Assembly: GCF_001949145.1 (NCBI RefSeq) | Contig: NW_019091357.1 | Location: 1-64,000 of the forward strand | Origin: Acanthaster planci | Lineage: Eukaryota | Direction of reading: 5' to 3' | DNA: 64,000 nt | Shown: piece after piece, positions 39,201 through 52,816 of the stretch | How the letters are laid out: every line of letters begins with the position of its first letter | How positions within the stretch are numbered: position 1 is the first letter of the stretch | Translations under genes and position numbers: made by a program | Notes under the pieces: model-generated | The model's input: only the letters and a program-made list of their open reading frames with translations | Database searches by the model: none | What the model was told of the DNA's origin: nothing

Positions 39201-41708
39201 TGTAATCTGAGTTGTGTTATTTATTGTCGGTTTCATTCCTTTATGGATGGTCTTTATATTGCTTTAAGTTAAATCTCACTTTAAGCAATGACTGTAAATT
39301 CATATTAATATTTGAATGGCATTCTTCGCGCAGAAAGTCAAACTGAAATTATTACAGATCTGGTGACAGCGTTGGCAAACGCCACAACGGCCTATGAAAG
39401 TAAAATGTGTGTGTATATTTTTAATGTCTACCGTATGTCAGTGGGGGTTTCATTCATTAAATTCTGTACTTCATTATAATTAGGCCTACATTTGAAACCC
39501 TTTAACATATGGAGTAGTTTGCTTATCTTCTGTTTTTTGTTTTTTGTTTTTGATATATTGTCATTCTTCAGAATTTCAAACAAACTTGCTGACAGTGGAG
39601 GGAATGGAGCTACAGAACACGACAGTATTCCAAGAGGGTAGTTTCCCCTTAATCTTTGTAACGGATTGCTGGAAGTGCTCCAAATTTAAGATTGTATTAA
39701 TTTGTTAACAATCATTTGAGGTGCCTTACTGTATTATTGATATTTTTTTAATTAAGTACTTTTATTGTTTATTTCACAGTAAACCAGACCACTCAACCGT
39801 CACGAAATGTTACAGACACAATGACGATGACGATGGAAGTTACAGGTGACGGTGAGATTAACTAACACACTGATAAAATTTCTTATAAATGTAATTCAAA
39901 ACTGCAAATTTTGATAATAAATTAGCTGTTTCAGGAAAGAGTAGCAAAGGCAGATAAAAAAATAGTTACACATGCTTTATATAAGTAATGATTTATTTAA
40001 ACAACCGAGCAAAAAGGTTTGTGTGCAGACCGACCTCTTTCAGATGTACCAGCCAGACATTTTACTTGTAATTATTACAGTTAACCAGATAAAAATGGCA
40101 ACAAAAACAACTACAGTCACAGAGGAATCAACGAGTGAGTTATACTTGCATTTATCAACAGCACTAAATACTTTTCTTTTCAGTTTCGGACAAAAATTGT
40201 AAAGAAATTAGCGCAAATCATTTATTTCAATCAAACAAAAAGGGAACTCTTCAAATTGACGATATGGGCTCTTTTTAGTTTATATGTAATTAAATACTAA
40301 AACGTCAGAGAGTGACAATTGCCTCGTTTTATGGATTTCAGATAACGATAACACTTCCCTTTCCGCAAATGTAACGGAGGACTTCCCGCCTCTTGGCACA
40401 GTGGTCGTACCAGCAACAATCGTTCTATCAACCCCCGATCTGTTCAATCCATCCAGGGCACCGACTCCTCTAATCAGTCGTAAGTGTTCAAGTCAGCAAA
40501 AGTGTAAACGGAAAGCCGTTTATCCATTTATACTGAAAGGTAACAGTCTTGAAGATTGTCGATAACGGCGTGAAAAGAGATTGTATATCTTTTCTCATTT
40601 ATCCATTACTTCACAGCTATCATTCCAGTCTTGATATTCGCCGGTCTTCTTTTCCTAATGACTATTATGATATTCATCGTTTTATATACAAAATCAAGGT
40701 AAGCATCTCCCTTGTCATTTTTATTTATTCGGTTATTCGTTTATTTGTATATTTTTTCATTTATCCAGGGTAACCCTGTCAACAGCTGGATACTGAATTT
40801 TATTAGGATCCCGCATTAAAAAAAAATAAACTAATGAACAGAAAAAGAAGAGTTGAAAATTTACATATTCCCATAATATAAAGTTAAACACATTAAGCAA
40901 GAATGCATAAAACATCAACAAGTATATTGTCTGGAAACATCGCACCAAGTCATAATCCCATGAGTACTTTTTGACGTATAATTCATCTGAAGTGTAATCA
41001 ACTTCAAGTGTTCACCTGTCATTCAACTGTTGTTATCATTTATTAATTCTTTAGTTGGTTTTGTTTGTCTTGTTTTGTCTAATATTGTTGGCCATTTTCA
41101 CAACAAGCTTTGACTTTTAGGATGATACAATCAAAGTGTGGAAATAAAATGTTACTGGAATATGACTGAACTGAAGGAAGGGCGCCCTCTGAGGGCCAGG
41201 CATCATAAGTTATGACGTAGGTTATGCAGAGGATCAGAAATACATGCATTGGGATAATAGTTGTGTACAAAGACAAGTATACACAGGAACGGAACTGGAA
41301 AAACAAACTTCTTTCAATATCCACACTGGCTGAAGTTTTCTAATACGGTGTAATGTAACTGGACCTATCACTTAGAATTCGTAAGACCCTGCCGAGATTT
41401 CGATTTTCAAAGCAACCTCTGAATTCTTAGTTGCCTTATGAGGCAATTCTTTTTTCTTTTCTTTTTTTTTTGACCTCTTTGATTTCAACAGAAAAAAGCG
41501 GAGCATATCGACCTATAACCTTACTCCAGCCGCAAATGGGAATTCCTCCCAAATCGGCTACCGTAACACGGCCTACGAACAAGGCGATGTCGCCAACGAC
41601 ATAGACGTCGAATGCAGCATGCAGGAAATACGGCTGGAAGGAAAGCCTAGGAACGAAAATATTTTACAGAACTATGAAGGCTTTGAAGAAGAACTGACGC
41701 CACTTTAA
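36250..41708 (+). CDS. Gene D: mucin-like (Thr/Ser-rich, N-glycosylated) type I membrane protein, about 387 aa, 12 coding exons
   Basis: Exons 36250-36346 (signal ...CWLCGLLILNLHCLPVISQ), 38250-38369, 38589-38654, 38802-38867, 38974-39093, 39334-39399, 39572-39637, 39780-39851, 40081-40134, 40342-40479 (all phase 1-1, Thr-rich, many NxT/S), 40617-40698 (TM IIPVLIFAGLLFLMTIMIFIVLY), 41492-41708 (tail RKKRSISTYNL...GYRNTAYE...EEELTPL). Mostly missed by the ORF track; frame continuous (1164 nt). Confidence 0.82.
38196..39682 (+). repeat. Tandem duplication (724 bp + about 760 bp) of a three-exon block of gene D
   Basis: aattacattttgtactttctctgtaaac starts at 38196 and 38920; both copies end tgctggaagtgctcca. 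Confidence 0.92.
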
Positions 41709-42608
41709 CGAGGTGTGGCTTCCGAGTGACCTGTTTTGGGTGATGCTGGAAGCTTTGATGGTAATTATAGAGTCAATTGTATGCTTCACAACTTTGCAAC
41801 CTTCTTTTTTTAAAACGTTGGACGAGACGCTACGAGAGCTGCAAGTGTAGCTTATACATGTACAAAAACTCTGGGATTTTGTACCCGTGCTTTGTCAGGG
41901 ACAAGTATAAGTCACATTTATTTGATGGTACCTAAGAAATGTGGTCAAGTATTCTGAACATCTCACCGTGAGAAAGTTTTTATGCGCAAAGTCCATCTGC
42001 AAAAGTGCACGTAGGGATTCATCCCTGTATCTGTGTGCACAAGTCTATAGTGTCCATCACTAGCAAATCAAAGATGCAGACACTTTTTTGTTCCATTTAA
42101 AAGGAATGGATTCGAATTCGAAGGTCTGGAAGAATTCCTTTACATTCTTTTGAAGGCCCTCGCGTAATTGCAATTTTCCATGGGTAATGATAAATATTAA
42201 CTCACTTGTATCATTTGGCTACGTACATTTTACTAGTTATGAAATGTCTTTTAAAGTAGCCAGAGTACAAATGAACTACACAAAAAAGGCAATTTATAGA
42301 GGTCCGTTTTATTTGCATGCACGCTGATCCTTACAGCGCCTCGCATAGTTTGGCTTACTCATTGTATTGTATTTAATAGCCGTCGACAGGGCGTCAAGGT
42401 TTGCTTACGTAGTAAGCTGGTGGAGGTATGAAACAATCCTACATATGCAGCAAGGTACGAGACGGAGAGAACCCCCTCCCTGCTTTGTGTTGGTCATTGT
42501 CTCGCAGGAATCTGGGGAATTCCTTTCAGACATCTTGGGGGGGGATGTGTTAAGTAACAATAGTCTGGAATATGTATAGGGATTGGACATGTTGGAAGTG
42601 ACTAGATA

Positions 42609-42894
42609 CTAACCCGTGAAACCTGGTCTGCTATTTTTCTCAAGACTCTTAGCGGGTTCATGCTTGGACTCTGTTTCTGCATCAATTGAAAAATGAATAG
42701 CACAAATGGGTCGGATTCGAACCAGGGTCTATGGATCTGTAGTTCAAAATCACTACCAACTAAGCTATCGAAGCGACGTAATGGATTCCCGTTTTTGAAA
42801 TGTCTTAAATGGTGTATTGCATTGTCCCCTCTTCATGAATCATTTGTCACCCCAGCTACTGAAAAAAAGTAGCGCACCAGGTTTCACGGGCTAG
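42609..42894. mobile_element. TA-flanked MITE containing a tRNA-derived SINE head
   Basis: TIRs ctaacccgtgaaacctggt / accaggtttcacgggctag flanked by TA; inside, on the minus strand (about 42705-42770), A box TAGCTTAGTTGG and B box GGTTCGAATCC. Confidence 0.75.
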
Positions 42895-45800
42895 TATTAA
42901 GTTGCTGCCGGACATGTTGGGGGGTACCCCTCAGTCTCATTTCTTGCTCCCTATAGAATCCTGAGATTGAACAGAATTAAACCACTATTCTAAACATCAC
43001 GCTATTTACAAAAAGTGTAGAGTAATTTTTAAGAATGTACAATAAATTGCATATTCTTTTTTAAGAATCCATACTATTAACTGCATACATTCTTTGTTAA
43101 AGCACGCATCGCTGTACATTCTTAAAAAAACTGACGGATCACATTGGCTTGACCGACACAAAACCTGTAATTTTTAAGTACACCGTTTAAGACGTTTGAC
43201 CCATCTACTTCCAAGTTGATCTCAGTTTTAACTCTTCTGTCATTTCAAGTTAAAACTTTCCAAATAACTATGACAATAAAAATGTAAGTAGGCCCTGTAA
43301 GCTTAAGGAATGGATTATAATTATCTAGAAACTTACCTTTCAGTACTTCTCAGATGATATTCCAACTGCATGGTTTTGCCAGACAAATAAACGGCCACCG
43401 AGTTGCTTCGATGTGTTGGGCAAGTATATTCCAAGGTTATACACGTGGTCTTCATTTGAAGAGACTGTGAACCGTGCGCCAATCTAGCTTGCTGCATGGT
43501 GGTGTTAAAAATCCCCAATTCCGTACAGTCATAACGATATAATTTGATAGCTAGTATCCAGCACATTTTCCGCAGCTGTAATACCAACTTACTTAAATCC
43601 ATTTAGGAGTTGGATGCATGGCAAGTGTCTTCGCACCATGGTCCACTGATGGTGACTGCATATGTCTCTGTGTGTGACTTAATGTACAAGACTGTACTGT
43701 GCATCATGGTGAAAGAAAAAACATGCAGAATAAGCCAACACTGAACAATGGACCGAATTCCTCTAACATCTCAAAGCATTAGTAAAAGCTCACTGTTCCC
43801 TTGTTAAATGGAAAGCAGCGGGACTAGGTTTACATTGGGAAAACGACCATTTGGTTCATTCTTTCTTTGATTCAATTCTTTGATTCTAATAGGCAGAGCG
43901 TCCTCGCCAATTCGAATCGAAGATTCTCGATTTCTTCGGACTTGTAAAATGGTCCTGACAGTTTTGATTTCTATATATGACAACGCAACCTCTGCATTTT
44001 ACTCTTTCGTACAAATTGAATCTTGCGTGCACCATGTTTCTTTTTTCAGCGGTGTCGGTAGAAACTAATTCCCTAAGAATGTATCAATTTCGTCGAAACC
44101 TGTATCTTCAATAAGTTACATTATCATTACGATCAATACTTAATTACTTCGGATATTTAATAAATAATGAGGCTGTTTCATTTTTATAATGCTGTAATCT
44201 TTTTGCGAAGAGTTGAAATGTTTGACTTCGTCAATGTCATTGAGTCTTGTCTGAGTCATGAAGGTGACACACGCCCTTGACAAATAAAGCTACCAGTGAC
44301 TGATTCTTACTTACTGACACAGGAATATTTGCGCTGTTTAAGAGCAAAAGCGCTTAAGTTGTTTTAATACCAAATGCTGCAAATAGTATCCGTTACACGC
44401 GTCCCCTCCACCTTCTCCACATTTTTTGCAGGCAGTCCGGGGCGAAATCCTATGACATTTTATTCCTACACCTCGAAACCATTAATGTAATTTTGACACC
44501 GTTGACTTCCATAAAGAACACCAGTCCAGTGTCGTAATATGTGCAAACATGGCGTATTAATTCAACACATTAGTGTTTGCTAAGTACGCATGCCAGGAAC
44601 TATTGGGCCAAGTGTTCACACTGTTAAATAAAAGAACACCTGACTGGCATAACACGACCCTGATCCTGGCCTCAACCTTGAGTAGGCGTGAAATAACATT
44701 CCCGTTTATGTTTACTTTGCAAGTTTTGCCTTAAGTTTCAGGTTTAAATGCAGTCATCGGGCAAAAACTCAAATCTTATGTAACATGTTTTTCTCCAAAA
44801 CGAGGACATTTCTTGAATATAGCCAGGCATCAATATTTCGGGTGTGTCTGAGGAAACCATGTATGATTCACAGTTAATTCACTGACGGGTGTTTCCCAGC
44901 GAAGAAGCCAAGTATCAAGTTTATCTGATGGCCCCACCCAAACACTCACGTACAACACAACGGGAGGTGGCAATGTCCTATACCCGCAACGACACAAACA
45001 GTTGAGAACACTCACGGGATATGTACCGCCTCAGTTTTTTTGCGGAGGAGGGAACTGGAATTATCTCCTACAAGATTTTTGTGCCGAACAGAAAATGACG
45101 TCCATCTCTCCTTCCTTTGCGTGTTTTTGCCCATGGCATTATCCTGAGCATTTACAATTTTGAACAGTCAATTTCGCTGATTTTATCACCCCCCCCCCGC
45201 TGTAGGCTCAAATCTACACCTATGGAAAAATTTGCATATTTTGACTCATATGCAACCGCTTATGGGGGGATCCCAAAGTACATTACTCGGTGTTGCAGAA
45301 AGTCTATTACATTACAAGACATTTCCTGATTCTATGATTCGATTGATGTATAAATGGGCACTCATCTACTTCCGTGAAGTCTGATTGAAAATTTAAATTC
45401 TAAACCAAATCAAACTCTATCGACTGCAATCCATTATAAACTCTGACCAAGTCGCTTTGCCATACAATGAGTTACAATGTACAACTTTTATTTTAGGGAG
45501 GGAACCAAACTTATCCTAGGTCAAACATACACTCAACATACACTCAACGTGTTCTCTCCATAACCAAGTGCGACAGTAAATTTCACCCCTAAAAGTTCTT
45601 TGTCGGTGTCAGTTCATATGGAAATCCTTTCATGTCGCACACAAAGGCAAAACCCAGTAAAAACATTCTTTTATGAGAACTAAATTCCACAGACTTACCA
45701 GACTGTATATGCATGTCCTCTGACCCTAAACTGTGAACGAACAGAAAGTCCCAGTTATCACAACAGTTTGAAGGGTATCTTAATATATCCCACAAATGTA

Positions 45801-46410
45801 AAATCACTTTAAGATAATGTCTGACAGCCTGTCACGTGACTCTACTTCATGCAGGCAGAGCCAATAGCAAGTACAGAATATGATTACTGTGTGACGTTAA
45901 AGTGTACTTACACTTCCATGAGATAAACTTAATTGAATAAACGAACAATTGACTACGTCGAGTAGGAGGAGCCGAAGCGTTCGACTGGCCTTTTGTCTGG
46001 CACCAAACCTGCTCAGTCCTGAAAATTTATTCTAAACCAACATCGTACTTTCATACGCATTTCAACAAAAGCCGAGTACTGACCTACCACCTTGGACCGT
46101 CTGCCATGCGAAACTGCCGACAGTAACCCAGAATAGTCGGAAATTGTGACGAGTTTAGAAAGCAACAACTTAATTCAAAAGGTGCTATACACCGGTAAAA
46201 AAACCCGCTTGCATTGGAGTAACAAGCTTAATCCTAACTCCGCTTTGACTATAAGTTTAGCATTCAGCATTTTTGTTGTGTTCTGGTATTTCCGCTGTTT
46301 CTAAAAAAATAATTGAGCCCTCCGATTTTATGACTCTGCTAACTATGGATGGACTGGGATCTGGAGTGGATATTTTCTTGGCGTTTGACTATTTGATCCC
46401 CTCAACGACG

Positions 46411-49400
46411 ATGAACCGATATTTTAAGACATTTTCTACACTGCTTGTTCTTTTTTCCCTTGTCGAGTCAGGTAAGTGCTACAGTTTCGGCCATTTTTAA
46501 TATTTATCCCCTGTAATGGATGTTGGTGCTTCAATAAGATTGGATCAAAGCATGCAGTGTCTGCAGTGCCTGACTATAGGTTTGTGATCCTATTACGACC
46601 AACATTCAGCTGTACAACGCAAATGCTAGAATAATTCATGTCAATCTTCGCCTTCATTGGGAAATGGATTCCCCCTATATATATCATCCTTAGTTGAGTT
46701 TTCAAAGTTAATTTTCTGACATCACTTCATAATATCTTCACTCATTCCATCATACCTCGCGTCATTTGTGCATGACTGACAAGCTAACAACCTCCATTGT
46801 GTTGAGACTATAGATTTCGTAAAAATTTTATCATAGACAGCTGGAGGTAATATTCCGGGTAGGTTGGTGACCATTTGCAATGAAGCCTTAAAAATAAATT
46901 GTCCTCTAGAAACCAGACTAAGGAGTTTGATAGTTGTCCTTTGTTTTCTCTTCCTCCTCTGTGCAGTGAATACTTCTTGTCCAGCACCGCCCCGGCCTCC
47001 AGGCACCGAATATTCGGGCGGAAACTACGTACAATTCAATGAGGGTCAAACTATCACCTACAACTGTACATTTGGATACCAAGTGATAGGCCCCACCACC
47101 AGAAGATGCACAGAGAACGGCACATGGACGGGCACTGACAATGTGTGTCGCATTGGTAAGAGATTGAATCTACAGCATTCAGGATGACTGATTAGCACTC
47201 TCTGAGCAGAGCTATCCTCTTAAAAATTGTCAAACACTTAAGAAAGATATAGTTCCATTTCATCCATATGACACCTCGATTACCACATACACATGCTCAT
47301 TTTCGGCCTGTATTGCATTCCGTGTACCAAATAAACATTTTCATCAGTTATGTTTCCGTATTCACACACGTGTGTGCAGTCTTTTCCACATTGCTGACAA
47401 CGATCATACATCAAATAATGAAATATTTAAAAGGCAAAACATAAAACTTGAGTTCAGTCTGAAAGCATTATTTTCAGAGTGAATTTAGTTGTCATGCTTG
47501 ACATTTCACTTTTCCTTTTTGCCAGCAATTGAAACAATATTTGCAGTTCCCAGGCAAGATCTGAGGACTGCTTCGCTTTTCAAAATACGCGTACAATACA
47601 ATTGAATGATCAAAAGTACTGTTGTCATTTCATTCCTAATGAGCCCTGGGAAAAGCAAATTTTCTAAGTCGTATGGGGAAATTCTCTCACTGGCGGAACG
47701 TGATACAATGCAGTAGGTTCAGTGCGATGTAAGATAAGGCGGCAAGGAGTCTCTGTTGAACGAAGGATTTCAGAAGCCACTGTTTATTAACATCACTCAA
47801 AATTCAGAATGTTCTCAAGGAGCAACATAGGACAGGTCTGAACTGGGCATCTACTCCTATAACTCACTGATGATTCAGTACACTCGCCCATCCGCATTCC
47901 ACTCTTGGAATTATAAAAAGTACACGTTCCAGAACAAATATTCCTGCACAATGCACACGTAATGAATATCCTTCAGTTTTTGATTAGGTATTCCAATATG
48001 AGTATCCATGGTAAGGTCAATTTGTTTGTCAGTCTCCAAAGTGAGCTTGCAATAGAATTGTTGTATTATAACGTTCTTGTCGAAAATTTTGACACGTATA
48101 CATCGCTAATCGCTCGACTTCCCAAGTGTGAAAACAATATCCTGCAATGCCGATCAGACAGGCTATTTTTCTGTTTTTATGAATGTTGCAGTTGAGAAGT
48201 AATCATAATCAGTTTTAAATAGTACGCTTGATTGATTTCCATTCTGTTGTACTTTACCTCCAAACGTTTGTCGTGCTTCCTGAAATTTCGTGTATTTTTA
48301 ATCTTTTCAAAACACAGATGCGGTCTCCCTTGCCATAGCCTGCTTTGTTGGCTTGTCGGCCATTGTTATCTTCATATTTTTAACATGTTGTTTGTGTACC
48401 AGGTAAGCAAGCCACGCAGCTTTAATAGTACATTCTCCGTACTGTAATCCTGTACAATCAAGTGTCCTTCATGCAGCTGTTTGCATCTGTCTAGATGTAA
48501 ACCGCTTCAACTTTCATTGCGAATTGCTCAATGAAAAACAAATGAGGGAAACGGTCAATCAACCCCGATCCAGTGCCTAACTGGGAACCAAAATGACGTA
48601 ATAGTGATCCACGTGAGTGTAGAATGGGGCATCATTTGAACGACTTTTCTATTTAATAAAAATGCAGGTTTCTCAATAATTACATACATGTAGGCCCATT
48701 GATAAGTTCAAGAAAACAAGAAGGGAATGGTCACATACAGATGATATTACAGCTGTTTATTATTGCAGTCGGGAATATCTGGGTTAAAGAGTAAGTGTTC
48801 TAATGTGCAAGGTAAAATCACATAAAATCTCAAATGTCAGCAAATGTTGGCATGCTGCTCGTTACCAATTTAGATGTAAGGGCGGACGCATATGTTATGA
48901 CGCATATGTAGGTTGAGTAATTTCAACATCCGACTGTTTTTTTTAAACAGCAGAGTTCATGAGGTGCTATCAATTGTTTTAGGATGCTTACAAGTAAACT
49001 AGCTCCTGAGGAGGGCATTGACCTTGGCGAAAAATACCGAAGCGCGTGGCATTACTTTTTTGGCGCAAAATGTTCTACTATAGCTCAAAATCTTCTCTTT
49101 TTTGCCTCAAAAGCGGACCTTTTAGTCGCGCGGGGGTCGCGGACGCACCCCCTGCACTCCCCCAAAGGACCTGAAATGTGGTGAAGCAATAGTTCTCTGG
49201 ATCTCTCAATCTGCTATTTTATCCCATACCCACAGGAACCGGCGTGCCAGACGTAGGGCAGAGCATCATCTGACTATTCAACGGCAAGGCAAAGAGGCGG
49301 GAGATGATGGATTGAATGGCCTGGGCGACCAGGAACCTAACCCTTACAAGATGGTTCAGGTGTCAAAAGAACGGGTTGATCGCAGTGACTCTGGACTACA

Positions 49401-49518
49401 GACAGATCTCGATATGGAGGAGATCGACCTGAATAATTTCGATATGGGGGAGCAAGTGGATAGTCCCACAGATAACAACCCACCTCAGGGTAATGGCCTC
49501 ATGTTCATTGAGGAATAA
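46411..49518 (+). CDS. Gene E: single-CCP type I membrane protein, about 205 aa, 4 coding exons
   Basis: Exons 46411-46471 (signal MNRYFKTFSTLLVLFSLVES), 46967-47155 (canonical CCP CPAPPRP...YNCTFGY...RRCTENGTWTGTDNVC), 48318-48402 (TM AVSLAIACFVGLSAIVIFIFLTCCLC), 49236-49518 (tail RNRRARRR...NPYKM...FIEE). 618 nt in frame. Confidence 0.88.
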
Positions 49519-52500
49519 GTGTTATTGCAAAAGGTTAATCCTAAAATTTCTCTCTAGGAAAACAAGCACCAGAACATGAATACTTCGAACCTTGATTTAT
49601 ACGGGTGTCGAAATGCTTTCAGATGAGACTACCTGTGTCAAAGGTGTCTGTTATTGTAAAGATGTTTTGAACTGAGAGTATAAAATACCCCACATTGGAA
49701 AATATTTACATCAGTGACGTTGTTTATATTTTTAATACAAACACTGCAAACCTGTAAATACGCCTTAACAAGTACCTGAAACAAAAGAAAATAGTCAACT
49801 GTCAGTTGTACTGCTTCATACGTTTGTTTGCACAAATTGGTGTCAACTTCAAATGTAAATTTAAGCGCCTTTCAACGTAATCAATTCAATTTGGCTGAAG
49901 GGAAACTGCTATGAGAGGAAATCGACACAGTAACATGTAGTTTATCTGTAGCTTAAATTAGATATATGTCTTCTGTGAAAGTATCAAAAGGCGTTTTACT
50001 GATAAAAATCGTGCATAGTGCTATGTTTGAGAAAGATCGTCCCAAAAATATAAAACAAAATAAAACAAGCAGGTACATGAAGTATACAGAGACATATCCG
50101 GTTCCTAGGGCCTGTTTTATCATCTTCATGTCACTCTGCATTGTAACTTGTATTTCAGGGAATCGCTAANNNNNNNNNNNNNNNNNNNNNNNNNNNNNNN
50201 NNNNNNNNNNNNNNNNNNNNNNNNNNNNNNNNNNNNNNNNNNNNNNNNNNNNNNNNNNNNNNNNNNNNNNNNNNNNNNNNNNNNNNNNNNNNNNNNNNNN
50301 NNNNNNNNNNNNNNNNNNNNNNNNNNNNNNNNNNNNNNNNNNNNNNNNNNNNNNNNNNNNNNNNNNNNNNNNNGTTTTCACTGATATACTGACGAATGAT
50401 TTCACTTAGGACAAACACACTCCAAGATGGCGTCAAATGTGTGAAGCTTGCTCATTTGTGCAATATGCATCACATTAGCGAGAAAATATAATCAATTGAA
50501 GATTTTGAATTGCACTGAATATCAATTTAATTCTAGGATATTTCTGGTCATTACAATCTAAAGTGTCAATTTACATCTTATTATAAATTTACTCAAATAC
50601 TTCAGAATTTTGCATTAAACTTTCGTTCTCGCCCCCAAAGTACGGAAGCTGACGTATTGATATGATCAGGTTTTACATGTTTGTTGATTCCATCACTTAC
50701 GCTATACATGTGGTTATCGGACACTCTTTAACAACAAAAAATTCTCATTAAGATTTTTGCAATATTGTTTCAATTAATGACATGTAATTAATCATTATCT
50801 TAATATGTCCACTTACACCTCTATCAAAACCTTTCTTATGAAAGATTTTAACCGCAGTTTTGGCCATTTTTTTAATTGCATGTACGGTTTAAGAAGTCGC
50901 AAATAAACAGGGTAAAAAACGTTATGAATGTCAAATTTTGCTTCGCTGTGCTTGGCTCTATACGGTTTGAATTTGTCATTTTTTGTCCGGTTAGAGGGCT
51001 CGACGGGATGGGTATAGGATCGATTAAGATTCTGCGTGAGCGGGTCATGTTGAAGTAAGGTGAAACAGTGATATTAGCTACAGCAGGAAAATACTGTGTT
51101 GTGAGCAAAGCAAAGCAGCCTAAACTAAGGGCAAACAAAACTGCCTATTGTACCAAAACGAGCAACTACCCCGCCACCTTGAAACTTTGAAAAGTACACA
51201 GTGCATGTACGAGCTACAATTCATTTGCTTTCAGTGGTTCTTTCTTAAACATGTATGTGCCCCTTGGGATAACTGTCAAAGATTTTCCCCCAGTTACGTT
51301 ATGATCAAAATGCTAAATACGTGTATTGCCAAGACGACGCATGGCAAATAATTGTCAATTTCGAACCATGGAGCTGGGTTTGAAAAACACACGCCCACAT
51401 AAACTACTTTGGCTAAGTGTTTTCCCGTGATAAAATGTGAGCCCTGAGGCAGAAGAAAACATACCAGCTATAAGCTCCCCATTCTATTCCACACAACAAA
51501 AGACTAAGTTGCAGCCCCTCAAAACGGTAAAGGATTTTCCATTTTCTGTCGGGAACGTGAGGCTTTTCAAATTTAGTTTTCATTCGCTCCACACCTTGAA
51601 TATTGTTATCAAATGCCGAAATATTTAGCACTTTGGAGGGGCGACCCTGGGAAAAAGCAGCGTTCCCGTTTCTAAACTCCCTTTTCGGGGCAATGAATTT
51701 AAAAGAATGTATCATGCGTGAGAAAGTATAGCTTATGCCTCAAGCACAAGGTATTTTGGCAGGAGAGAAAGAAAGAAACACCCACTTCAAAGAAAATGTT
51801 TAATTCCTCGTTATCTCACATCATTTCTTTACGGTTGAGGGTAAAATTAATCAGAAAAACAAGGCAACACTCTTAATCATCGAACAGGCAAGATCCGCCG
51901 ATTGTTCACTGTAATTGGAGCAGTGACGTTATGCTTTAGTGAAGGAAGGCATTACATAAATTTATGCTGGAAAATATTTTAATTGTGAATGACTCTGGTC
52001 GGATTAACCTTTCCAAAATCCCTGAGGATATTAGTTTGTTACAGTATCAAGTTGAAATGTACAAAAATATAGCAGGTGTGATGAGTCATTGAAGTAAGCA
52101 CAATTGAGACGAATTTCAAACTCCTTTCATTTTATCGCATTCATATCGATAACCTTTCACTTTCAAGGAGGAGTTAAAGTGTTCATGTAATATGACACTT
52201 GCTAAACTTCAAGTCATTCGAGAGTCTAAAGGAGGCAAAGATGTTGCAACTTCTTTTCCATTAACATGGGTCGCAATCAGCTAACACAGAGTGTCCTCTG
52301 CGAATACTTTTCTCCTTGGTTACGAGCGTACCCAGTCACCACAAATACTCTACTTTTCTGTAGTCAACCGAACCATCTTGGACAATGATTGTAACTTTAT
52401 GAGCAAACTACTGCACATGCTTATTGTAGGCCTAAAACCTAGGCAGAGTACATTTTTGCAATCGTAAAGATACGTAATTATTCACCTGACTGCATTGTGA

Positions 52501-52770
52501 ACATATCAGGCCTATTTATTACATACATTTCATGGGAGAAAGGGAGAACTAAATAGGATTTATACTGACATTTCAAGTGAAACTTGGTCCCGAGCCCTCT
52601 TTGTCTCGTTGTCCCAAAACAATTATTGTTCAGTCAAGCATGACCGTGTGTGAATGAATAACATATCATTGGAAAGAAGGACTCTGTGGCTTTAAGGTGT
52701 CACTAGGCATTTTGGTGTGAAACTAATACAATCTCCAAAAAATCAAAAGAAATTTTGTTGCGTCTTTTCT

Positions 52771-52816
52771 TTGGTTTGGTTTGGTTTGGTTTGGTTTGGT
52801 TGGGTTGGGTTTGGTG
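52771..52816. repeat. (GGTTT)n microsatellite
   Basis: ttggtttggtttggtttgg... read directly. Confidence 0.9.

Noticed and set aside
42705..42770. tRNA gene (also about 56400 and 61340)
   Set aside because: A/B boxes present but no acceptor stem or full cloverleaf; SINE heads.
50872..51138. Hydrophobic ORFs as a signal exon of an extra gene
   Set aside because: No matching domain, TM or tail exons nearby on either strand.
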